A DNA stretch of 61,838 nt, from NCBI GenBank assembly GCA_035624185.1, contig DASPRZ010000055.1, positions 1 through 61,838 on the forward strand. Reading direction: 5' to 3'. The position numbers and the translations under genes are program-made. Below the pieces are notes generated by a model that was given only the letters and a program-made list of their open reading frames with translations, was not told where the DNA came from and made no database searches. Origin of the DNA: Candidatus Acidiferrales bacterium (GTDB taxonomy: Archaea; Halobacteriota; Bog-38; Methanoflorentales; Methanoflorentaceae). Positions 36,980 to 45,816 of this stretch are shown here, piece by piece; position 1 is the stretch's first letter; each line of letters opens with the position of its first letter.

Positions 36980-38224
36980 TTAAAAAAAAGTAGTCGCTAG
37001 CTGATTTACCGATTCCACTAACACATCGACCTCCTCAATCGTATTGTAAGGTCCAAACGATGCTCTTACTGTCCCTTGCACGTCTAAGAACTGTAGCGCG
37101 GGCATAGCGCAGTGATATCCGCTTCTTGTACATATTTTATTCGTCTCATCGAGGATCAAGCTGACGTCGTGTGGGTTTAGTTCCCCGACGTTAAACGAGA
37201 CTAATCCAGCCCTATCAGGTGGACCATAAACCTTAACCCCTTGTATATCTGATAAGTCTTTTGCAGCAAGCCTAGAGATCATGTTCACGTGATTATGTAT
37301 GTTCATAAGCCCGAGATCTTGAACGTACTCAACTGATCGTCCTAACCCGATGACTCCTGGAATGTTGGGGGTTCCTGCTTCGAATCGGTTAGGTGGTTCA
37401 AGGAGTTCATATTCACAGCCCCTTACAGATTCTACAGCCCCCCCTCCAAGCACTGATGGAGCTAAACTCGCGGGATCGTCTGCAATGAGTACCCCCGTTC
37501 CCTGGGGTCCAAGAAGTCCTTTATGTCCTGGCATAGCGAGAAAGTCGCATCCGATCTCTCGGAAAGAGAGTTCTGAGTGCCCTGCCGACTGTGCCGCGTC
37601 AATGAGTACTTTAACATCATTTTTGTGCCCTATCTTCACTATCTTCATGATATCTTGTACTGATCCAAAAACATTTGAAATGTGAGAAATCGCTATGAGT
37701 TTCGTCCTCTCTGTAATTGCATCTTCAATGTTTTTGGGGTCAATAATTCCCTCACGATCAGACTCAATCAAATCAAGTTTAACGCCGTATTTTCTCAGCG
37801 CGATCCAAGGGAGGTAGTTCGAATGATGCTCAATAACAGATGTTATAATCCTGTCTCCAGAGAACCATTCCAGACCATTTGCCACAATATTTATGCCTTC
37901 AGTAGTATTTTTGGTAAAAATAACTTTTTCAGCTTTAGCATTAAAGAAATTTGCGACTACCTCACGAGCTATTTCAAATTGTTCTGTTGTTTTCCGCGCT
38001 AGTCTATGTGCTCCCCTTCCATAGTTAGCAGCATAGGTAAAAAAGAACTCATTCATAGCTTCTACAGATTGTCTCGGCGTCTGACTTGTTGCCGCATTAT
38101 CGAGGTAGATTACCTCGTTGAGAACCGGGAAGTCTCTCCTGATGGAATAAATGTCATACATATATTTTTCGTATAATCTGTCTTCAGAGTTGAAGTTTAG
38201 ATCGTAATTGCTTCTTTGTGCCAA
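36980..38224 (-). CDS. class II (SufS/CsdA-like) cysteine desulfurase
   Basis: PLP-Lys context PGHKGLLGP. Catalytic Cys context RSGYHCAMP. Confidence 0.88.
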   Translation of the reverse strand: MAQRSNYDLNFNSEDRLYEKYMYDIYSIRRDFPVLNEVIYLDNAATSQTPRQSVEAMNEFFFTYAANYGRGAHRLARKTTEQFEIAREVVANFFNAKAEKVIFTKNTTEGINIVANGLEWFSGDRIITSVIEHHSNYLPWIALRKYGVKLDLIESDREGIIDPKNIEDAITERTKLIAISHISNVFGSVQDIMKIVKIGHKNDVKVLIDAAQSAGHSELSFREIGCDFLAMPGHKGLLGPQGTGVLIADDPASLAPSVLGGGAVESVRGCEYELLEPPNRFEAGTPNIPGVIGLGRSVEYVQDLGLMNIHNHVNMISRLAAKDLSDIQGVKVYGPPDRAGLVSFNVGELNPHDVSLILDETNKICTRSGYHCAMPALQFLDVQGTVRASFGPYNTIEEVDVLVESVNQLATTFF

Positions 38225-38472
38225 TACAGTCTAAATCGATTTGTCTTTAAACAGCCCAGATGCACAAAGGTAGTCTCGCTAGACTTTTATAAGTATCTGT
38301 TTTTGGCGCAATATATATTTTAGACGCCGTAGATCTATGCTGAATTTGAACTCTGTCTGAGATGAAAAAACTTTATGAAAAGCAGTTTTTGCTCAAGGAT
38401 GGCAGTATCTTTAAGTTTATAGCACTCTAAGTTTACAAGGGCATAAAATCTCACGGAGCTACTGAAATAACT

Positions 38473-38769
38473 ATGGCCGAGAAAAAGTATAATGCAAAAG
38501 CTGTGAGACCTTGCAAGGGTGGAGGCATCCTCGTAGAGGGTGACTTTGGTAGGCCGCTTTCTATGCAAGTGCTATGCGAAATGTTGAAAGAGATGGGAAG
38601 ATGCTCCGAGAAATTAGGAGTTGCGAGGATTTTTTATGAAGAATGCGGAATCACGTTGTACAAAAACGGCAGGGTTGATGTTCACCGTGTCGACTCCGAA
38701 GAAAGGGCGATCGAGCTTTTGGATGAGATAAAAATGATCGTTGATAAGGCGTTTATCCGCGACTCGTGA
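38473..38769 (+). CDS. stand-alone paralog of the E1-like enzyme's C-terminal domain
   Basis: Aligns with residues ~265-345 of ORF 4807..5844 (RPCKGG vs ALCGRD; ITLYKNGRVDV vs ITLFRDGRAII; ERAIELL vs DRAKSVY). Confidence 0.6.
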   Translation: MAEKKYNAKAVRPCKGGGILVEGDFGRPLSMQVLCEMLKEMGRCSEKLGVARIFYEECGITLYKNGRVDVHRVDSEERAIELLDEIKMIVDKAFIRDS

Positions 38770-38773
38770 AACA

Positions 38774-39163
38774 CTACGCGGCTTCTTTCGTTTTTCCCTT
38801 CATTTTGGCCTTGTAGTCCTCAATTGCTGCGTGCAACGCATCTGCAGCCAAATTCGAGCAGTGCATTTTTATTGGTGGTAGCCCTTCGAGGCTCTCAGCC
38901 ACATCATTCCTTGTAATCTTCAACGCTTCTTCTATAGTCTTTCCCCGTGCAAGATCAGTTATCATGCTGCTCGTAGCGATTGCTGCACCGCAGCCAAATG
39001 TTTTAAACTTTATGTCAACGATGATATTATTTTCAACTTTTATCATGATTTGCATCAAATCTCCGCACACGGGATTTCCCACGGTTCCAACCCCGCTCGG
39101 GTTTTCTATTTCCCCCATGTTATGGGGATTCATAAAGTGCAGCATTACTTTGTCGCTATACAT
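38774..39163 (-). CDS. iscU: IscU/NifU-like Fe-S scaffold
   Basis: GNPVCGD, FGCGAAIA, HCSNLA. Confidence 0.92.
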   Translation of the reverse strand: MYSDKVMLHFMNPHNMGEIENPSGVGTVGNPVCGDLMQIMIKVENNIIVDIKFKTFGCGAAIATSSMITDLARGKTIEEALKITRNDVAESLEGLPPIKMHCSNLAADALHAAIEDYKAKMKGKTKEAA

Positions 39164-39178
39164 TGTTCCTCCAGTTAT

Positions 39179-40375
39179 TCACTCAGGTTTTCCGTAACCT
39201 GCGTCATTACATTTATAAAGCGGTGACATAAGTCGTAGCCTATGTACCACATCGGGAAGCACTTCTAGGACATAATTTATGTCATCTTCTGTGTTATCTC
39301 TCCCAAGTGTTAGCCTCAAAGAACCGTGCGCATCTACAGGATCCAATCCAATTGCAAGGAGAACGTGTGAAGGTTCAAGCTTCTTTGAGGAGCACGCAGA
39401 TCCAGTCGAGGCTGCTATGCCTTTTGCACTGAGACTCAAGACTAACGACTCGCCTTCGATAAAACTGAAACTGAAGTTAGCATTATTAGGGAGTCTTCTC
39501 TCTCTTCCGCCATTTAACCGCACGTGCTCCATAGTGCTCAGAACCGTGTCTATTAGTTTGTCTCTCAGTTTCTTGATTCGTTCATTGTCGTAGAAGTCTT
39601 CTATTGTTAGCTTTATAGCTTCTGCGAATCCAATGATTCCTGAAACGTTTTCGGTTCCACTCCGTAAACCTTTTTCATGTCCCCCCCCAAACAGTAATGG
39701 TTGTAACTTGGTCCCTTTGCGCACGTAGAGACATCCAACACCCTTTGGTCCATAGATTTTGTGTGATGACATCGAAAGCATGTCTACATTCAAGGTATCT
39801 ACATCAACAGGGATTTTCCCGACACTTTGCACTGCATCAGTGTGCAAGTGAACATTATGCGCTTTCGCTATCTCCCCGATCTCTGAAATCGGCTGAATCG
39901 ACCCTATTTCATTATTTGCATGCATAATCGAAATTAACACAGTGTTATCTTTTATCGCAGTTTCAACATCACCCAGATTGACTATGCCATCACGGTTGAC
40001 AGGAACGTACGTGACCTCATGTCCGTCCTTTTCTATGTTCTTGCACGTCTCAAGGATGGCAGGGTGTTCTATTGCGGAAGTGATAATATGGCTTCTTTTT
40101 TTAAGCAAGCCGCGTAACGCCATATTGTCGGATTCGGTTCCACCAGACGTGAAAATGATGTCAGTAGCATTGGCCCCAATTGTACGTGCAATGGTTTCCC
40201 GTGCTTCTTCAATAGCACGCCTTGCTTCAAGCCCATAGGCGTGTAGGCTCGAAGGGTTCCCAAACTTCTCAAAAAAATAGGGCATCATCACATCGAGAAC
40301 TTCCCGGCGCATCGGAGTCGTAGCGGAATGATCGAGATAAATCATGTCACCATCTCGCTGTTCAATTCGTACCAT
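39179..40375 (-). CDS. iscS: class I cysteine desulfurase IscS/NifS
   Basis: SSHKIYGPKG (PLP Lys) and GSACSS (catalytic Cys loop). Confidence 0.92.
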   Translation of the reverse strand: MVRIEQRDGDMIYLDHSATTPMRREVLDVMMPYFFEKFGNPSSLHAYGLEARRAIEEARETIARTIGANATDIIFTSGGTESDNMALRGLLKKRSHIITSAIEHPAILETCKNIEKDGHEVTYVPVNRDGIVNLGDVETAIKDNTVLISIMHANNEIGSIQPISEIGEIAKAHNVHLHTDAVQSVGKIPVDVDTLNVDMLSMSSHKIYGPKGVGCLYVRKGTKLQPLLFGGGHEKGLRSGTENVSGIIGFAEAIKLTIEDFYDNERIKKLRDKLIDTVLSTMEHVRLNGGRERRLPNNANFSFSFIEGESLVLSLSAKGIAASTGSACSSKKLEPSHVLLAIGLDPVDAHGSLRLTLGRDNTEDDINYVLEVLPDVVHRLRLMSPLYKCNDAGYGKPE

Positions 40376-40429
40376 GTAAATGTACCTAACATTATTTTAA
40401 TCCAGTTAAAGTTACCTACAAAAAATCTG

Positions 40430-40972
40430 TCAAATTTTCTGCAAATCGTGGAGACTTCTCTGTAATTCCGCTACATCATGTAGCTTTATAGGATTCGTAC
40501 AGTACGGGCATATAAAGTCGCATTCTGTCTTTCCGTATGGGCAAATAATCTTTGATAACACTGCCATCGGGTGGCCTTTGCTTTTCACGTCAAACTCTTT
40601 GTTCCAGCCAAAGGGGGCCCTTTTCACATCAAACCCTTCATGTTTCAAGGAATTTTCAAGCAAATTCAAGATCAACAAGGCAACTTCGGGAGAACCAAGC
40701 GTGCTGGTGAGGTGGGCGAACGGAAATATCATAATTTTGTTTTCCTTAAGCTTTCCCATAACATCAACTATGCCTTTTTTGGCAGCATCGACTATGCCTT
40801 CTGGGTTGATTTCATCGAGCTTTTCAACGCATGAGAATACCACGAGACAATCTTCCATGGCGTCACTTTTTGCTTCGATTTTTTCAGCCATTTTAGTCTT
40901 TTTAGTGACCTTATAGTTGATCCTATCTGCATGAATTAAAAGAAGTCTAATATACCTCCCTCCGTCGAACAA
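40430..40972 (-). CDS. free-standing archaeal ThrRS-editing-domain (tRNA-Thr_ED, DTD-like) protein with C-terminal Cys4 zinc ribbon
   Basis: IMIFPFAHLTSTLGSPEVA...KRAPFGWNKEFDVKSKGHPMA matches the archaeal ThrRS N-terminal editing-domain pattern. The tail reads CPYGKTECDFICPYC. Confidence 0.8.
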   Translation of the reverse strand: MFDGGRYIRLLLIHADRINYKVTKKTKMAEKIEAKSDAMEDCLVVFSCVEKLDEINPEGIVDAAKKGIVDVMGKLKENKIMIFPFAHLTSTLGSPEVALLILNLLENSLKHEGFDVKRAPFGWNKEFDVKSKGHPMAVLSKIICPYGKTECDFICPYCTNPIKLHDVAELQRSLHDLQKI

Positions 40973-41219
40973 TTTAAATCACATGCTTTAGGTGAGCTGC
41001 GCGCTTAGCATGAAAAGTTTTGTCTACTTACTCCCTTTTAAAGGTTAACCTTTATTATACAATTAGTTTTGGTTTACGGACATATTTTGTCCGTTTGTAA
41101 ATGTTAAATACACTTATATGCTTAATTATCATACGGATATTATAATATGGACCAATTTGATAATCGGCTCTAAGAAAGTCTCTTGATTTATGTATACTAA
41201 ACATAATTAAGGTGCAAAT

Positions 41220-41393
41220 ATGGATGAACGAATTAATAATTTATTTGAAGCTTTATTCGCATTGACAGATTTACGAGTATTGTTCAGGGAAACAGCACCG
41301 TTACACAAGTTTAGCGAAGAGCAAAAGGATAACGCGAGAGATATTCTTAACCGCGCAAAAGATGCCCTAAATAAGCTCGAGGAGGCGCTTTAA
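41220..41393 (+). CDS. 57-aa helical protein translationally coupled to SepCysS (candidate SepCysSn / truncated SepCysE-like helper)
   Basis: AAGGTG RBS. ORF MDERINNLFEALFALTDLRVLFRETAPLHKFSEEQKDNARDILNRAKDALNKLEEAL. Its stop lies 2 nt before the SepCysS ATG. Not in the ORF track (<60 aa). Confidence 0.5.
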   Translation: MDERINNLFEALFALTDLRVLFRETAPLHKFSEEQKDNARDILNRAKDALNKLEEAL

Positions 41394-41395
41394 AA

Positions 41396-42568
41396 ATGAA
41401 GATAGCAGATAGCATACCTGTTCGTGAAGTCGAAGAGACGTATGTTAACATACATCCGATCCAGGCGGCAGGGCGTTTGACCGCAGAGGCTATGAAAGCA
41501 TTAATTGCATTTGGTGACGGATATTCTACGTGCGATCAGTGCAGAAAACCATTCAGACTTGACAAGATTACAAAACCTCCCATTGCGGAGTTTCACGATA
41601 ACTTGGCGAAATTCGTCAATATGGACCATGCACGGGTTACGCCAGGTGCGCGAAGAGCGTTTCAAGCGGTGTGTCAATCACTCGCGGAAAAAGGAGATTC
41701 AATAATAGTAACGGCCGTTGCGCATTATACTGAATTCTTAGCAGTAGAGAGTGCCAAGGCAGTAGTGAAGGAAGTCCCATTGGACAATAAAAATATTATA
41801 ACTGGCGATGCAGTAGCTCAAAAAATAGAGGATGTCACTCGAGAGTCTGGTAAACCACCTGTACTCGTTTTGCTAGATGCTTTTGACTATTCATTTGCCA
41901 ATGAACATGATGTTAAAGGAGCTGTTAAGTCTGCCCACCAGTATGATGTACCTCTATTGTACAATGGAGCATACACTGTAGGTGTGAAGCCGGTCGATGG
42001 AAAAGCGTTGGGAGCCGATTTCGTAGTAGGTTCTGGACACAAATCGATGGCTTCTCCAGCGCCGAGCGGAGTTTTGGCCACAACAGACGAATATGCGAGC
42101 AAGGTACTTCGAACAACACAGATGATGGGTGACGTGACGAGCAGAAAATTTGGTATAAAAGAAGTCGAAATGCTCGGCTGCACACTCATGGGCGGTAACA
42201 TACTCGGTATGATGGCATCATTTCCCACTTTAAAACAGCGTATTAGCGAGTGGGATGAATACGTGAAGAAATCAAACTACGTCATAGATGCAATTTTGAG
42301 TATAAAAGGAAACAGAAGCCTAAGTGAATATCCCCGCAAACATACACTTACAAAAGTAGACACTACTGATAGCTTTGACGTTGTTGCACGAACACATAAA
42401 AGGCGCGGTTTCTTTTTTAGTGATGAATTAAAAGAACGGGGAATTGTGGGCGAATTTGCAGGAGCAACGCGCACTTGGAAATTAAACACCTACGGTTTAA
42501 GCTGGGATCAGACGAAATATGTAGCGGACGCATTTAAAGAAATAGCGAATAAATACAGTCTGTCGTAA
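41396..42568 (+). CDS. pscS: Sep-tRNA:Cys-tRNA synthase (SepCysS)
   Basis: Blocks match remembered SepCysS: FGDGYSTCDQC, GSGHKSMASPAPSGVLA, EVEMLGCT, KRRGFFFSDELKERGI. Confidence 0.93.
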   Translation: MKIADSIPVREVEETYVNIHPIQAAGRLTAEAMKALIAFGDGYSTCDQCRKPFRLDKITKPPIAEFHDNLAKFVNMDHARVTPGARRAFQAVCQSLAEKGDSIIVTAVAHYTEFLAVESAKAVVKEVPLDNKNIITGDAVAQKIEDVTRESGKPPVLVLLDAFDYSFANEHDVKGAVKSAHQYDVPLLYNGAYTVGVKPVDGKALGADFVVGSGHKSMASPAPSGVLATTDEYASKVLRTTQMMGDVTSRKFGIKEVEMLGCTLMGGNILGMMASFPTLKQRISEWDEYVKKSNYVIDAILSIKGNRSLSEYPRKHTLTKVDTTDSFDVVARTHKRRGFFFSDELKERGIVGEFAGATRTWKLNTYGLSWDQTKYVADAFKEIANKYSLS

Positions 42569-42622
42569 ATATATGGACTATGAATATAACAAATAAAAAT
42601 AAATATAGACCACTCATAAAAT

Positions 42623-43009
42623 ATGAAGACAAATGAAATGCAATCGAATATGAGACCCCGATGTGAAATTATTGTGCAGTACGTCCTTCCAGCAATAAGG
42701 GCTGAGATGGCTATACAGATGCAAAAACAGGGGATAAGTCAAATTAACATAGCGAAAGCACTTGGAGTAACTCCTGCAGCGGTAAATCAGTATTTGAGGA
42801 GTAAGAGGGGAGCGGCAGAACAGGACAATGAAATTTTAAAGATCATCGATGAGTTCATTGAGGAGTATAAAACTAATCCAGACGCGCTTGGCGAACACTT
42901 ATGTGAAGTCTGTAACAGAATCAAACTGTTATTAGATAGACCTAAGAATACGCCTACGAATACGGAATCAGAGCACGACTATCACTGCTACAACTTTTGC
43001 TGCTCCTGA
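42623..43009 (+). CDS. HTH transcriptional regulator with conserved Cys residues (paralog of 54180..54506)
   Basis: The shared pattern is CEI-x4-VLP-x-IRAE, then an HTH (ALGVTPAAVNQYL), then CxxC (CEVC). Confidence 0.7.
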   Translation: MKTNEMQSNMRPRCEIIVQYVLPAIRAEMAIQMQKQGISQINIAKALGVTPAAVNQYLRSKRGAAEQDNEILKIIDEFIEEYKTNPDALGEHLCEVCNRIKLLLDRPKNTPTNTESEHDYHCYNFCCS

Positions 43010-43048
43010 TTGGGGTGGATAATATAGTTGGTTGTAACGCTCTTGAAA

Positions 43049-43306
43049 TTAACCGGCTAGCCTATAGAGACTTTTCCGAGCATCTTTTATATAAAAGATT
43101 TTAAGTATAATTCCTTCAGCCTTTAGCCTGTTAATGGCATATCTAACTGTTCTGTAAGGCAAGTAAGTCTCTCTTTCGATCTCACTCAAGGTCATGGTAC
43201 CATTTCTTTCAAGAGTTTTAAACACAAGCTTTACGCTGGGGGGAAGCTCTCTTACTCTATCGAAAATGTTCAAATCATTATGGTCTATTTCGATAAGACT
43301 GCTCAC
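43049..43306 (-). CDS. small winged-helix DNA-binding protein
   Basis: 85 aa. The LSEIERETYLPYRTVRYAINRLKAEGI pattern resembles MarR/TrmB-type wHTH domains. Confidence 0.65.
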   Translation of the reverse strand: MSSLIEIDHNDLNIFDRVRELPPSVKLVFKTLERNGTMTLSEIERETYLPYRTVRYAINRLKAEGIILKIFYIKDARKSLYRLAG

Positions 43307-43322
43307 TTAAATCACCATGTTT

Positions 43323-43361
43323 ATTAACGCCGTTAACATATAAAAAATTAACGGCGTTAAT
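43323..43361. other. Perfect 14-bp-stem inverted repeat ATTAACGCCGTTAA / TTAACGGCGTTAAT
   Basis: Read directly from the sequence, with an 11-nt A-rich loop. Possibly a relic bidirectional terminator. Confidence 0.5.
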
Positions 43362-43380
43362 CAAACTACTTTAAAATCAT

Positions 43381-43560
43381 ATTTCTAAATCTCAAGCATC
43401 TTATTGAAAGACAGTCTTGTCTACACTTTTGTCTTCAGCGATCATAATTTTGCATCCACATTTTAAAGCGATTTAACGATCTTAAACGGTGGTAAGTTTC
43501 ATATGTGGACATACTGCTAATTCTAATTATGAATAACTCCTCATCTGGGTTTTCTTTTCG
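43381..43560 (-). pseudogene. nadA 3' remnant
   Basis: Nucleotide alignment with 53285..53470. The translation retains KENPDEE..F and CPHMKLTT but carries several stops. Confidence 0.7.
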
Positions 43561-43735
43561 CAGATTTTTCAAGGTCGATGAAACTCAGCAAAGGTAGATG
43601 ACGAGAGAGGAGGACTCTATTGCGCAAGTGAGAGCTGCGAGTCGACAGATGTGTGTGCGTTCCACTATGTTAATCCTGCATTTGTCTCGGTAGCGACAAG
43701 ACCAGAAATGATCCTAGGGAGATGGGTGGAGATCT

Positions 43736-44245
43736 TTGATAACAAGGTTTAATTTTTTTCTTAAACCGAAACCTCTCTTACAACGAACGTTTATTATGCA
43801 TGATATAGCAACATATGAAGCAGAAATTACTGAAGAAGTGGAAGAAGAGAAGATGCAGGATGTTGACGTTGAGCTTCACAACATGAGGCAATTGCTACAA
43901 GAGAGTAGCAACATTGCTGAGAGACTCGCGGCGCTATCGAAAGAGCGCAGGAGCTTGAACCCCCTTCCTGGCTCGCTGCGGAAACGTCGAATGCGTTGCG
44001 GGAAGCAGAGCTGCCGCTGTAAGGCGGGCTATTTGCACGGCCCTTACTACTATTTTGAGCCCTCTCGACAACACGGGAAGTGGCACTATGTCTCCAAAGT
44101 GCGGCTTGCAGAGGTGAAACGGGGCATCTCCGATTGGAAGAAACAGCAGGACATCGATAAGGCGATGCAAACGCTTGAAGAGCAGCTTGAAACAGTGCTT
44201 AAAGAGATACAGCGCGGGGTCGCCTCACTTATGCCTGATCGGTAA
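43736..44245 (+). CDS. hypothetical protein with CGKQSCRCKAGYLHGPYYYF motif (resembles the family I recall as DUF6788; unverified)
   Basis: ORF of 169 aa with a likely start at Met21 (43796). A decayed paralog lies at 48840..49223. Confidence 0.6.
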   Translation: MITRFNFFLKPKPLLQRTFIMHDIATYEAEITEEVEEEKMQDVDVELHNMRQLLQESSNIAERLAALSKERRSLNPLPGSLRKRRMRCGKQSCRCKAGYLHGPYYYFEPSRQHGKWHYVSKVRLAEVKRGISDWKKQQDIDKAMQTLEEQLETVLKEIQRGVASLMPDR

Positions 44246-44368
44246 AGGATCTGCGAGAGATATAAACGCAGTTGACATCGTGTGCCTCGCTGTTATAATT
44301 ATAGGGTAAAGCGGAGCAGAAGTAAGTAAAACAAGCAAATAATACAGTGGTGAGTTTTGCCAGAGGAA

Positions 44369-44935
44369 TTAATAAAGAGTGAAATAACTGTAACAGTTCG
44401 AGGGAACATACAGCTCACAATAACTCGAAAGAGGGCTTAAAGCGACATAACACCCCCACCAGACATGCGGGATGAGACGATATCTCACCCGATCCATATA
44501 GACGCTATGGCCTTTGAGCCTCTTCTGCAGCATACGTCCCTCCTGCATCGCCCGTCTCGCGAATACATCCTTGAGGAATAGCCTTAGGAGTACTCCGCTC
44601 CACGATCCTAGCAGAAAGGTAGATCCTACACAAAAGAGGATCACGCTCATATACAGGGGGGCGGACGTAGTGTTATGGTCCTGTCAATACCGTCGTATAT
44701 CCTCAATCTTCCTTAATGCCACTACTGACGACAGGTACTCATTCTCTCGATAAACGAGATATATGAGGTAAAATGAGGATAGGAGGATAATTACTCCTGC
44801 TAGGTGGAGCCATGTGGGCATCCATGAACAGCGAAATCTGAAGGCATCGAGTGGCATAGAAACCCACCAGGCACCAAAGGAGACGGCCAGCAGGCCTGTT
44901 ATAAATATTTTTGCACCAATAACGCTCGTATCCAC
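44369..44935 (-). pseudogene. disrupted isoprenylcysteine carboxyl methyltransferase (ICMT)-family membrane methyltransferase
   Basis: The C-terminal half carries LGSW...EGRML...YRLIPHVW. The expected TGPYxYVRHPLY block at ~44650..44690 has an in-frame TAA and a shift in a C-run. Confidence 0.65.
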
Positions 44936-45816
44936 GCATATACTGATGTGCAGTCTAGGGCGGATTTATGTATAGCTCATGTGTAAATTTTGGCGAAAAT
45001 AAAACTATGTGTGCTTCACAATTAGCTTCTTGACTCATTTTGCTGCTTTTTTTCTTGGAGCTTCAAGAGAGAACAAGCGATAACTATTACGACTTCCGTT
45101 CTAGTTTCTCTATGCGCTCTCCCATCGGGCCCTTACACGCTCTGAACTCTTCACAACATTTCTCCAACTTATTTATACGCTTCTTTAAATCGTTTATTTC
45201 GCTCTCATAATCCATTATTAAACCTCGTTACCTATGAAGCTGTTTGCTGGTTTTTAACGGCTGCCCTCTTTGTGTTCTCGTTCACACTTTCGACGAACTG
45301 ACTCTAGAATGATGGTAAATATGCTGTGAGGGCGACATCGAGCACCGTTTTACATTACCTCATCTAAATAACGCACCATTTGCTAATACTGATAAAAAGG
45401 GCTGCTTATTCAACCAATATCTCTTTAGATATATTTGCATATTTTGATACTGTCAAATATTGACCCTCTTTCCATAAAGTATGTCTTCGAAGGACGAATC
45501 TTGTCAAAATCGCAACCTTATTGAAAAATTCAATCTTTTTATTGATCTTAAAAAAATCGAACATCTGTCCTTTTGTTCACCACCAAAACCTTTTGTTTAC
45601 TAACAATAAATCGACAGATTTATAGCAGTTAAGCACGACTACGACGACAGATTTGCAGGAGTTTTTTCAGAAGAGCACGTCAGTCGAGGGCTCCCACTTG
45701 TGATTGATTAAGTTTTTAATGGAATGATGTGACGTGTTGAGTCATCACCAATTGCCTTTTCCCTACTCTGTAATTAGTCGAAAAATTTATATCTGAGAGT
45801 AGGATATGTCCGATTA

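Noticed and set aside
45087-45215. 42-aa minus-strand ORF (MDYESEINDLKKRINKLEKCCEEFRACKGPMGERIEKLERKS) with a GAGGT 7 nt upstream.
   Set aside because: It is plausible as a micro-protein, but there is no paralog, no conservation evidence and no context. That is too weak to call.
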